A DNA stretch of 42,961 nucleotides from Parcubacteria group bacterium CG1_02_40_25. GTDB lineage: Bacteria; Patescibacteriota; Minisyncoccia; Portnoybacterales; CG1-02-40-25. The notes beneath the pieces are model-generated. The model did not search any database. It was not told where the DNA came from and saw only the letters and a program-made list of their open reading frames with translations. Where the stretch lies: contig MNWF01000023.1 in NCBI GenBank assembly GCA_001872305.1, forward strand, positions 1 through 42,961. Reading direction: 5' to 3'. Both the position numbers and the translations under genes were made by a program. Numbering within the stretch: the stretch's first letter is position 1; every line of letters starts with the position of its first letter. Shown piece by piece: positions 16,289 to 23,341 of this stretch.

Positions 16289-16621
16289 TTGCGGGTTTGG
16301 CAGTTATCAAGAGTTTTTGCTTCAAAGATATATAAAATTACTAGGAAATTTCCTAAAGATGAACTTTTTGGTTTAATATCTCAATTAAGACGCGCTGCAA
16401 TTTCAATTTTGTTGAATATAGCAGAAGGCGCTGATCGTAAATCAGATGCAGAATTTAAGAGATTTTTGAGAATCGCATTAACCTCATTGGAGGAAGTTGT
16501 TAGCGGTCTTTATATATCTTTAGATCAGGGTTTTCTTGATAGACAAGAATTTATCTCAGTTTATGAGGATGCAAGTATATTAGCGGCAAAATTGAATTCT
16601 TTGATTAATACTTTGCATTAA
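16289..16621 (+). CDS. Four-helix-bundle protein (23S rRNA intervening-sequence / S23 / Avd-like family)
   Basis: RVWQ...[34 protein letters not shown]...[11 protein letters not shown] matches my memory of the family pattern. No in-frame ATG; TTG at 16289. The family-like residues FRFERL lie upstream, running into the repeat arm. Confidence 0.75.
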   Translation: MRVWQLSRVFASKIYKITRKFPKDELFGLISQLRRAAISILLNIAEGADRKSDAEFKRFLRIALTSLEEVVSGLYISLDQGFLDRQEFISVYEDASILAAKLNSLINTLH

Positions 16622-16636
16622 TATTTTTTTTATCGT

Positions 16637-16669
16637 GGGCTGTAGCCTGTAGACTGTCGACTGTAGACA
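16637..16669. repeat. Type B right arm, immediately before rplK
   Basis: gggctgtagcctgtagactgtcgactgtagaca is the complementary unit type to 16229-16266. The four-helix-bundle gene lies between the two arms. Confidence 0.8.
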
Positions 16670-16674
16670 ATAAG

Positions 16675-17097
16675 ATGAAACCAATTAAAACAGTAATAAA
16701 ACTTCAAATTCCCGCTGCTAAAGCTACCCCAGCTCCTCCTGTCGGCCCTGCTTTGGGTCAACACGGTTTAAATATTCAGGAGTTTTGCATCAAATTTAAT
16801 GATGCTAGCAAAGAGATGGCCGGGGATATTATTCCAGTAGAAATTACGGTCTATGACGATCGGACTTTTGATTTCAAATTGAAAACACCGCCCGCGGCTG
16901 AGCTTTTAAAAAAAGCGGCTGGCGTGGAAAAGGGTTCAGGCGTGCCTAACAAAAAAAAGGCAGGCAAGGTAACAAAGGCGCAGATTCGCGAAATTGCCGA
17001 AAGAAAACTAGTGGATCTAAATACGACTGACATGGATCAGGCAATGCTAATTATTTCCGGTACCGCTCGTTCAATGGGACTAACCGTGATTGATTAA
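16675..17097 (+). CDS. rplK: 50S ribosomal protein L11
   Basis: [33 protein letters not shown] is the L11 hallmark. Confidence 0.95.
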   Translation: MKPIKTVIKLQIPAAKATPAPPVGPALGQHGLNIQEFCIKFNDASKEMAGDIIPVEITVYDDRTFDFKLKTPPAAELLKKAAGVEKGSGVPNKKKAGKVTKAQIREIAERKLVDLNTTDMDQAMLIISGTARSMGLTVID

Positions 17098-17102
17098 TAT
17101 GG

Positions 17103-17200
17103 TTGTCATTGCGAGGAGCTCCGAGGATGACGAGGAGCGACGTGGCAATCTCGCGGGAGGAAGCCAGCAGGCTGATGACCCGCGTGGGAGTTGCGTGGTT
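17103..17200. repeat. TGTCAT element, beta type (gtcattgcgagg...cgtggcaatctcg)
   Basis: ttgtcattgcgaggagc...gagcgacgtggcaatctcgcgggagg... Starts 6 nt after the rplK stop. Related copies at 21588, 32402, 32741 and 36512. Confidence 0.75.
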
Positions 17201-17257
17201 TTTGTGTAGCGACAAAAAAATTCTGAACTCGGCCGTAAGACCTGTTCGGTTTTTTAA

Positions 17258-17286
17258 TTGACATAATTTTTAAGGTCTGTTAGATT
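17258..17286 (+). promoter_or_regulatory. Sigma70-like promoter for tdk-cdd
   Basis: TTGACA (17258-17263), 17-nt spacer, TAGATT (17281-17286). Confidence 0.5.
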
Positions 17287-17393
17287 TAGGGCTTGAGTTC
17301 TTTGATAAGACAATAATTAAATAATGGTTTGTTCTGATAACTATGTAGACTTGTTGGGGCTGTCTTATTTCTAACTAGGAGGAGATGATCGGT

Positions 17394-18080
17394 ATGAACC
17401 GGATAAAAATTTTTGTTGGTCCATGTGCGAGCGGTAAAACTAAGGCTGCCATCCAATTAGCGCGGACTTTAATGTCTGATGGCAAAAAGGTAGCTGCTTT
17501 TAAGGCGTTTATAGATACTCGGGGCGTTGCCGCTCGCTTAAACCATTTAATTTCTCGAGATGGCAAAGATGTTGTGGCAACTCGGGTGAAAAACGCCAGT
17601 CAAATTCTGGGTTTGCTTGATGATAGTTGTGTGTTAATTGATGGCATCTATGGCGTGCCAGAAGTTATCTTGATTGACGAGGCGCAATTTTTTGGCCGGG
17701 ATATTATTAGAGTTGTTCGCCAATTAATGTGTTGGCACAAAAGAATAATCATTACCGGCTTGGCTCGTGATTGTTTTGGCCGGCCATTCAGGTTCGTGCC
17801 ACAATTAATGGCCTTAGCCGAAAGTGGTGATGACATAGCGGTTAAGCAAGCTCTTTGCGCTGTCTGTGGCCAATTAGGAGCTACTCAGATTCAGAGATTG
17901 ATTGATGGCCAACCAGCTTCGTTGGGTAAACAAATTATCGTGGGCGAAGATCATGACTTTGGCAAGTTTGCCCAAGCAAAGATTACTTATGAACCGCGAT
18001 GCAATCTGCATCATCAGATCGCGTCAACATCGTGGTGGCGAAAACTATATTTCAGTATCCTTTATCGTTTGCAGAATTAG
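17394..18080 (+). CDS. tdk: Thymidine kinase (TK1 type)
   Basis: P-loop GPCASGKT, LIDEAQFF, GLARDCFGRPF, CAVCG...PRC zinc-site residues. The ORF track starts at 17385, but SD aggagg (17377-17382) is better spaced for the ATG at 17394. Confidence 0.8.
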   Translation: MNRIKIFVGPCASGKTKAAIQLARTLMSDGKKVAAFKAFIDTRGVAARLNHLISRDGKDVVATRVKNASQILGLLDDSCVLIDGIYGVPEVILIDEAQFFGRDIIRVVRQLMCWHKRIIITGLARDCFGRPFRFVPQLMALAESGDDIAVKQALCAVCGQLGATQIQRLIDGQPASLGKQIIVGEDHDFGKFAQAKITYEPRCNLHHQIASTSWWRKLYFSILYRLQN

Positions 18081-18092
18081 GAGGTAATTGAT

Positions 18093-18503
18093 ATGTTGCC
18101 AGATTCTTATGCTGTTATTCTCGCGGCGCGGGCAATGGAAGCGACTAAAAAGGCCTACGCGCCATATTCAAATTTTCCAGTAGGCGCGGCCGTGGCGCAT
18201 ACAAGTAAGATTGCTATTGGCTGTAATGTGGAAAATCAGTCTTTCGGTTTAACAATGTGCGCTGAAAGAGTGGCCATTTATTCCGCGATAACGACTGGCT
18301 GGCTTAACAAGACTACAAAAATTACTGCGTTGGCGGTATACGCGGTGAACCAGGATTACGTAAAACCATGCGGCGCTTGCTTGCAAGTAATTTCGGAATT
18401 TGCCGATGAGAATACGGTAATCCTTTTAATGGATAGATCTAATGGGCCTATTAAACAGTTAAAGTTTGCGGACTTATTGCCGCAGGCATTCTCTTTAGAA
18501 TAA
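18093..18503 (+). CDS. cdd: Cytidine deaminase
   Basis: CAERVAI and PCGACLQVISEF zinc-binding motifs. SD aggagg at 18078-18083 overlaps the tdk stop. Confidence 0.85.
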   Translation: MLPDSYAVILAARAMEATKKAYAPYSNFPVGAAVAHTSKIAIGCNVENQSFGLTMCAERVAIYSAITTGWLNKTTKITALAVYAVNQDYVKPCGACLQVISEFADENTVILLMDRSNGPIKQLKFADLLPQAFSLE

Positions 18504-18518
18504 AAGCAATACCAGACA

Positions 18519-18552
18519 AAGGCTCTCGTAATTATAAGAGAGCCTTTTTTTA
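18519..18552 (+). terminator. Rho-independent terminator after cdd
   Basis: Stem ggctctc (18521-18527) / gagagcc (18538-18544) followed by a T7 run. Confidence 0.8.
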
Positions 18553-18649
18553 TTGAATAAAATATGATAAGATTATGTGTGAGGCCTAAAATCAGACCTT
18601 GCGCGGAGTTTGGTGCGGGGCACGATCTTACAAATAGTGAATAATTTTT

Positions 18650-20254
18650 ATGAAATATTTTCCGACAATTGGTTTGGAAATTCACGTGGAATTAAAAACG
18701 CAGGCAAAAATGTTTTGTCAATGCGCTAATAATTTTGACGAAGCAAGCCCCAATGTTAATATCTGTCCGATTTGTATGGGGCAGCCGGGCGCCTTGCCAG
18801 CTGGCGTGAATGAAAAAGCAGCGGAGCAAACTCTAAAGATTTGTCTGGCTTTACGTTGTTCGATTTGTGAGGCGCCACAGTTTTGGCGTAAGAATTATTT
18901 TTATCCAGATTTGCCCAAGGGTTATCAGATTACTTCGCAAAAATCGCCATTTGGCGAGCGTGGTTTTGTGGAAACAAATGAAGGCCGAGTGGGTATTCAT
19001 CATATCCACCTTGAAGAAGATACGGCCCGTTTGTTGCATCCCGCGGGAGCATCTTATTCTTTAATTGATTTTAATCGGTCGGGCGTGCCGCTTCTGGAAT
19101 TAGTGAGCGAGCCAGATATCCATTCTAGCCAACAAGCGCGGGAATTTTGTCAAAAGCTACAGTTAATTTTTCGTTATTTGGGCGCCTCAGACGCGGATAT
19201 GGAAAAAGGGCAAATGAGATGCGAGGTGAACATTAGCCTACAGTCTACAGCTCACAGTCTACAGTCTACCGACAACAGCTTACAGTCAACTGTCGGCCGT
19301 AGGCTGTCCATTGTCGACCGTAGACTGTTGACCGTAGACCGGCTAGGCACCAAAGTGGAAATAAAAAATCTTAATTCTTTTAGGTCAGTTGAAAAAGCAA
19401 TTGATTACGAAATTAAACGGCAGGGCGATTTATTAGATCGCGGCGAGAAAATTATTCAGGAAACGCGCGGTTGGCATGATGCTAAGCAAATTACTTTTTC
19501 CCAGCGTGTTAAAGAAGAGGCGCATGATTATCGTTATTTTCCAGAGCCGGATTTACCGCCGTTGGATTTAACCAGTAAAAATTCACTCTGGGTGATTGAT
19601 GATATTAAAAGGCAATTGCCGGAATTGCCTGAGCAGCGTTTAACGCGTCTGCAAAAGGAACATGGGTTGCCCGTTGGCCAGGCAGAGGTCTTGGTGAGTA
19701 ATTATAAACTTGGCGATTATTTTGAAAATGTTATTTCAGAACTCCGTGCTTGGTTAAAAACTGGCATAGAGTCGATAGTGCTGAGTGGTAAAGATTTGCG
19801 CGTTGAGCAGGATGCGTCGTCGCAAACAACAGTAAACCCGATCAGATTGGCGGCCAATTATTTAATTACAGAAATTCCCAAATTATTGGTTTTGTATCAA
19901 AAAAATATGGCGGATTTAAAAATTACGCCGGAAAATTTTGCTGAATTTATTGCCTTAGTTTGTCAAGATAAAGTATCGTCTTCTGGCGCGCAGTCGTTGT
20001 TGGCAGAAATGTTTTTGACTGGCGGCGACCCATCAAATATTATTGAAGCCAAGGGGCTGGCCCAAGTCTCGGATCAATCGGCCTTGGAGCAAGCAGTTTT
20101 GGAGGTTATAAAAAATAATCCTCAGCCAGCGGCGGATTACCAGTCGGGCAATATTAATGTTTTACAATTTTTAGTCGGTCAAGTGATGAGGCAAACTCAA
20201 GGTCAGGCAAATCCGAAAATAGTACAGGAGATATTAAAACAAAAACTTATTTAG
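18650..20254 (+). CDS. gatB: Asp/Glu-tRNA(Asn/Gln) amidotransferase subunit B with a ~35-aa repeat-derived insert
   Basis: IGLEIHVEL, CPICMGQPGALP, HLEEDTA, KNLNSFRSVEKAIDYE, C-terminal GatB/YqeY tail. Insert at 19237-19340. Confidence 0.95.
   Translation: MKYFPTIGLEIHVELKTQAKMFCQCANNFDEASPNVNICPICMGQPGALPAGVNEKAAEQTLKICLALRCSICEAPQFWRKNYFYPDLPKGYQITSQKSPFGERGFVETNEGRVGIHHIHLEEDTARLLHPAGASYSLIDFNRSGVPLLELVSEPDIHSSQQAREFCQKLQLIFRYLGASDADMEKGQMRCEVNISLQSTAHSLQSTDNSLQSTVGRRLSIVDRRLLTVDRLGTKVEIKNLNSFRSVEKAIDYEIKRQGDLLDRGEKIIQETRGWHDAKQITFSQRVKEEAHDYRYFPEPDLPPLDLTSKNSLWVIDDIKRQLPELPEQRLTRLQKEHGLPVGQAEVLVSNYKLGDYFENVISELRAWLKTGIESIVLSGKDLRVEQDASSQTTVNPIRLAANYLITEIPKLLVLYQKNMADLKITPENFAEFIALVCQDKVSSSGAQSLLAEMFLTGGDPSNIIEAKGLAQVSDQSALEQAVLEVIKNNPQPAADYQSGNINVLQFLVGQVMRQTQGQANPKIVQEILKQKLI
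19237..19340. repeat. Complete type B short-period hairpin inside the gatB CDS
   Basis: Left arm cctacag tctacag ctcacag tctacag tctaccg. Right arm ccgtaggctgtccattgtcgaccgtagactgttgaccgtagacc. Translated as SLQSTAHSLQSTDNSLQSTVGRRLSIVDRRLLTVDR. Confidence 0.9.
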
Positions 20255-20271
20255 TTGTGGAAAACTCTTGT

Positions 20272-20300
20272 TTGACAGAATGTTTTAGGGGCGGTAGGAT
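20272..20300 (+). promoter_or_regulatory. Sigma70-like promoter of a short structured transcript or leader
   Basis: TTGACA (20272-20277), 17-nt spacer, TAGGAT (20295-20300). Confidence 0.45.
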
Positions 20301-20306
20301 TGCCAG

Positions 20307-20412
20307 TGGTATGGCGATCAAATCTATGAAAACTTTTTTTGGAGTTTGTCGTGGCACTATGCCAACAGATTTGATGTTTGTGAAAACCCCTGAATAAGGG
20401 GCTTTTTTTTCC
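20307..20412 (+). ncRNA. Candidate ~100-nt structured RNA (sRNA, or a terminator-containing 5' leader of the 20434 ORF)
   Basis: Lies between the promoter-like site and the cccc-tgaataa-gggg + T8 terminator (20387-20410). Internal pairings: atcaaatct/agatttgat and tggca-cta-tgcca. Confidence 0.3.
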
Positions 20413-20433
20413 AATATTGGGGGTGGGGGAATA

Positions 20434-20697
20434 ATGCCTGATTCCGACAATAGAGAATGCTTTTTGAGTAAATTGATGATATTTGACAAGACGGTTGAGC
20501 AAACTGATGAATGGTGGTTGTCGCCTGAAGAAGAAAACGAAATTAGGGAGCAGCTTGTTCGGGAAGGCAAAGGTGGTTACGAAGCCGATAAAATAGTTGG
20601 TCAAATTAACAAGGCACGGTTTAAGAAATACAAGGGGGAAGAGTCAAAACCCGAAATGGAGGTAAGGGGCACATTGGGAGGATGGATCTACTTATAG
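20434..20697 (+). CDS. Hypothetical protein (87 aa, charged)
   Basis: ORF preceded by a G-rich SD-like gggggtggggga. No recognisable family. Confidence 0.4.
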   Translation: MPDSDNRECFLSKLMIFDKTVEQTDEWWLSPEEENEIREQLVREGKGGYEADKIVGQINKARFKKYKGEESKPEMEVRGTLGGWIYL

Positions 20698-20714
20698 GAT
20701 AATTGTGGAAAAAA

Positions 20715-20760
20715 TTTTAAGGGGCGTTCTGTAATGAGCGCCCTGTATTATTTTTCCAAA
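20715..20760. terminator. Possible bidirectional terminator between the 20434 ORF and miaA
   Basis: Stem gggcg (20722-20726) / cgccc (20739-20743) flanked by A-rich and T-rich runs on both sides. Weak stem. Confidence 0.35.
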
Positions 20761-21842
20761 AAATCTTTAACTAATTTTTCTACTTCGGCATATTTTGTAA
20801 CCCAATGAATGCGCGGGTCGCGCTTGAACCAAGTCATTTGCCGCTTGGCATATTGCTTGGTGTGCTGTTTAATGAGTTTGATGGCCTGTTCTAAAGAAAT
20901 TTTATTCTGTAGGTACTGGATAATTTCTTGATAGCCAATACCGGAAAAGGCCGGCAATTTTAGTGTGGTTTTGTTGCTATTGTTATCCCCGCAAATGCGG
21001 GGATCCATTGTTGAGATTGTCGATTTTAGACGTGGATTCCCATACCTCACGGGGTATCTTCGACTTTCGTGGGAATGACAATCAAGATATTGTTTTTTTA
21101 ATATTTTTACCTCTTCAATCAATCCCTGTTTAATCATATCATTAACCCGTGAATCAATTTTTCGTTCTAATTCTTTTTTCGGCACGCTAATGCCTATTTG
21201 CAGGGTATTAAATAGCGGTTTGTCCTTTTGGCGCAGTTGTGAAAACGGCAGGTCAGTTTTTAGGCAAACTTCTAAAGCGCGAATTAGGCGACGCCGATTT
21301 TTAGCGTCAATTTTTTTAGCGCAAATTGGATCTAATTTTTTGAGACGACTAAATAATTGTTCGTTAGTTTGCAATTCTAATTTTGTTCTAATTTTTACAT
21401 CAGGCGGCACTTCGGGAATAATTAAATTATCAACTATGGCTTGGATATAAAGTCCAGTGCCGCCGACTAAAAATGGAATTTGTGGCTGGCGAGATTTAAT
21501 TATTCGCTTGACTTTTGCCTGATATTGTGCTACGTTATAGTCGTCATTTGGATTGACAATATCAATCATAAAGTGGGGAATGTGAATGTCATCGCGAGGA
21601 GGAAGCCGTAGCGAAGCGGAGGCTGACGACGTGGCAATCTCTTGATCGACTTTGCGCTCAAGATTGTTTTGTTGGAGGGGCAGATTTTTCGCTGTTCCGA
21701 TATCCATTTGGCGGTAAATTTGTCGTGAATCAGCGGAAATTATGTATCCGCTGACTTTTTTGGCTAAACGTAAACCCCAACTACTTTTTCCTGAAGCGGT
21801 TGGTCCGAGAATCACAATAATTTTTGGTAAATTTTTTTGCAT
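20748..21842 (-). CDS. miaA: tRNA dimethylallyltransferase with two repeat-derived in-frame inserts
   Basis: GPTASGKS P-loop, IISADSRQIYRQMDIGTAK, GGTGLYI, RRLIRALE. 364 aa, versus about 300-315 aa as I recall for typical MiaA. Confidence 0.9.
   Translation of the reverse strand: MQKNLPKIIVILGPTASGKSSWGLRLAKKVSGYIISADSRQIYRQMDIGTAKNLPLQQNNLERKVDQEIATSSASASLRLPPRDDIHIPHFMIDIVNPNDDYNVAQYQAKVKRIIKSRQPQIPFLVGGTGLYIQAIVDNLIIPEVPPDVKIRTKLELQTNEQLFSRLKKLDPICAKKIDAKNRRRLIRALEVCLKTDLPFSQLRQKDKPLFNTLQIGISVPKKELERKIDSRVNDMIKQGLIEEVKILKKQYLDCHSHESRRYPVRYGNPRLKSTISTMDPRICGDNNSNKTTLKLPAFSGIGYQEIIQYLQNKISLEQAIKLIKQHTKQYAKRQMTWFKRDPRIHWVTKYAEVEKLVKDFLEK
20984..21083. repeat. Composite palindromic element inside the miaA CDS
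   Basis: atccccgcaaatgcggggat palindrome, then ggattcccatacctcacggggtatcttcgactttcgtgggaatgacaatc. On the gene strand it is translated as DCHSHESRRYPVRYGNPRLKSTISTMDPRICGDNN. Confidence 0.75.
21588..21641. repeat. Beta-type TGTCAT element inside the miaA CDS (antisense to the gene)
   Basis: gtcatcgcgaggaggaagccgtagcgaagcggaggctgacgacgtggcaatctc. Read on the minus strand as EIATSSASASLRLPPRDD. Confidence 0.8.
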
Positions 21843-21853
21843 AGGAGGTTAAA

Positions 21854-22255
21854 ATGGTAAAACAGATGAAAGTTTTAGTCGTTGACGACGACCGGGTGGC
21901 TAGAGAGACGTTGATTCATATTCTGGAAAGTGTGGATCGTTTTGACGTTATAGCTTGGGCGAAAAACGGTGAAGATGCTATCGAATCTTTAGCAGCATTT
22001 GCTGGCGGTTTCGATCTTATTATTACCGATATAAATATGCCAATCATGGGTGGTTTGCAGCTAATTAAGGAGGTAAGAGCTAATTATAATTCATGCCAGA
22101 AGTTTATCGTGGTGAGTGGTGGCCTTTCACAAAAAGATAGGGGCGTGCTGGCTGAGTTCGATTTATCTGGGCATATTTTAGCAAAACCATATAACATCGA
22201 TCGATTGATTGTTATGATTGATAAAGTATTATCGGAGCTAAATTATCTGGCGTAA
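21854..22255 (+). CDS. Stand-alone response-regulator receiver domain (CheY-like)
   Basis: VLVVDDD, DLIITDINMP (phospho-Asp), conserved Lys in LAKPYN. No output domain. SD aggagg at 21844-21849. Confidence 0.85.
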   Translation: MVKQMKVLVVDDDRVARETLIHILESVDRFDVIAWAKNGEDAIESLAAFAGGFDLIITDINMPIMGGLQLIKEVRANYNSCQKFIVVSGGLSQKDRGVLAEFDLSGHILAKPYNIDRLIVMIDKVLSELNYLA

Positions 22256-23341
22256 AATTTGTTCTCGCCGTTTTTTCTCAGCCATGGGAATATTATCAGC
22301 CAGGCGGCTGGCAATGGTGCCTTGACGTGGCGAATATTTACTAATGTAGGCCTTAAAAAAGCCTACTTTTTTTACAACGTCAATAGTTTCTTGAAATTGT
22401 GTTTCAGTTTCGCCCGGGAAGCCGACAATAATATCTGTAGTAATTTTAACACTAGGAATAATTAATTTAATATTTTTGACTAAATCTAAATAGTGTTGTT
22501 TGGTATAATGGCGGTTCATGGCTTTTAAAATAGTGTTATCGCCTGATTGGAAAGGCAGATGAATTTCTTTAATGACTTTATCGCATTGGGCAATTGTTCG
22601 GATTAATTTGTCTGACATGTCTTTGGGGTGATTAGTCAGGAAGCGAATTTTAAAATTACCAGGGATTTTGTTGATAATTTTTAGTAGGTCAGCAAAATCT
22701 ATTTGTGTAATATGGTTATTGGGTTCACGGGTTAACGAGTTAACGAGTTGCGGGTTATTTGCTCCTTGGCTTCCGAAGTATGAATTCACGTTTTGTCCCA
22801 ATAGCGCAATCTCTTGGTGCCTTGCGGCTACTAATGTTTTAATCTCATTGATGATTTCTCGCGCTGGTCGGCAACGCTCGCGCCCCTTGGTCAACGGCAC
22901 GGCGCAGTAAGAGCACCAGTTATTACAGCCGCGCATAATGGGGACGTAGTAAGCACTGTCATTCTGAACTCGTTTCAGGATCTGCGTGGCGCGTTTAGTG
23001 GATCCCGAAACAAGTTCGGGATGACTACTGGCAGGGTTTATCGGTAGTTGTTCAATTCGTCTAATTTTGACGCCAAGATTAGTAAATTTATTTTTGTCTT
23101 TTTGTAAAATACAACCAATCAAAATTATCCGCGCCTTTTTATCCGCGGATTTTATTTTTTTAACTTTAGCATACAAGCGATCCACCGCGCTTTGGCGCAC
23201 CGAACAAGCATTAAAAAATAACAAATCAGCCTCGCTAACATCGCGAGCTTGGCTCCAACCGCGGCTATCTAAATATTGTCCTAAGCGTTCGCTGTCTGAT
23301 TCATTCATCTGACAGCCGAAAGTAATAATTTGGTATTTCAT
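22238..23341 (-). CDS. Radical-SAM methylthiotransferase (MiaB/RimO family), no TRAM domain, two repeat-derived inserts
   Basis: MKYQIITFGCQMNESDSE N-terminal MTTase domain and the CNNWCSYC radical-SAM cluster. I use the ATG at 23341; the ORF-track start at 23419 adds 26 non-conserved residues. Confidence 0.85.
   Translation of the reverse strand: MKYQIITFGCQMNESDSERLGQYLDSRGWSQARDVSEADLLFFNACSVRQSAVDRLYAKVKKIKSADKKARIILIGCILQKDKNKFTNLGVKIRRIEQLPINPASSHPELVSGSTKRATQILKRVQNDSAYYVPIMRGCNNWCSYCAVPLTKGRERCRPAREIINEIKTLVAARHQEIALLGQNVNSYFGSQGANNPQLVNSLTREPNNHITQIDFADLLKIINKIPGNFKIRFLTNHPKDMSDKLIRTIAQCDKVIKEIHLPFQSGDNTILKAMNRHYTKQHYLDLVKNIKLIIPSVKITTDIIVGFPGETETQFQETIDVVKKVGFFKAYISKYSPRQGTIASRLADNIPMAEKKRREQILRQII
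22714..22759. repeat. Type A unit array (one arm only) inside the MTTase CDS
   Basis: ggttattgggttcacgggttaacgagttaacgagttgcgggttatt. Gene-strand translation is NNPQLVNSLTREPNN. Confidence 0.8.
22957..23024. repeat. TGTCAT-type palindromic element inside the MTTase CDS
   Basis: gtcattctgaactcgtttcaggatc...ggatcccgaaacaagttcgggatgac. It lies on the N-terminal side of the CNNWCSYC cluster motif. Confidence 0.75.

Noticed and set aside
16035-16376. 113-aa ORF overlapping the nusG 3' end and the four-helix-bundle gene start.
   Set aside because: It is out of frame with two genes that have clear family signatures, and its composition is not protein-like.
16289-16621. The Avd-like four-helix-bundle gene as part of a diversity-generating retroelement.
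   Set aside because: No reverse transcriptase gene and no template/variable repeat pair are visible anywhere in the window. The family also occurs outside DGRs.
17165-17200. CTGATGA motif (17172-17178) inside the beta element as a hammerhead ribozyme core.
   Set aside because: No downstream GAAA box or compatible stem II/III arrangement could be found. It is probably a chance heptamer.
11006-19340. Tandem short-unit arrays considered as CRISPR arrays.
   Set aside because: The units are 7-8 nt with no spacers, the arrays are arranged as complementary arms, and no cas genes are present. This is not CRISPR architecture.
20247-20604. Two minus-strand ORFs (107 and 117 aa) covering the gatB-downstream region.
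   Set aside because: They overlap the promoter/terminator unit and the + strand ORF at 20434. Their composition is Phe/Asn/His-rich and implausible, and they have no SD.
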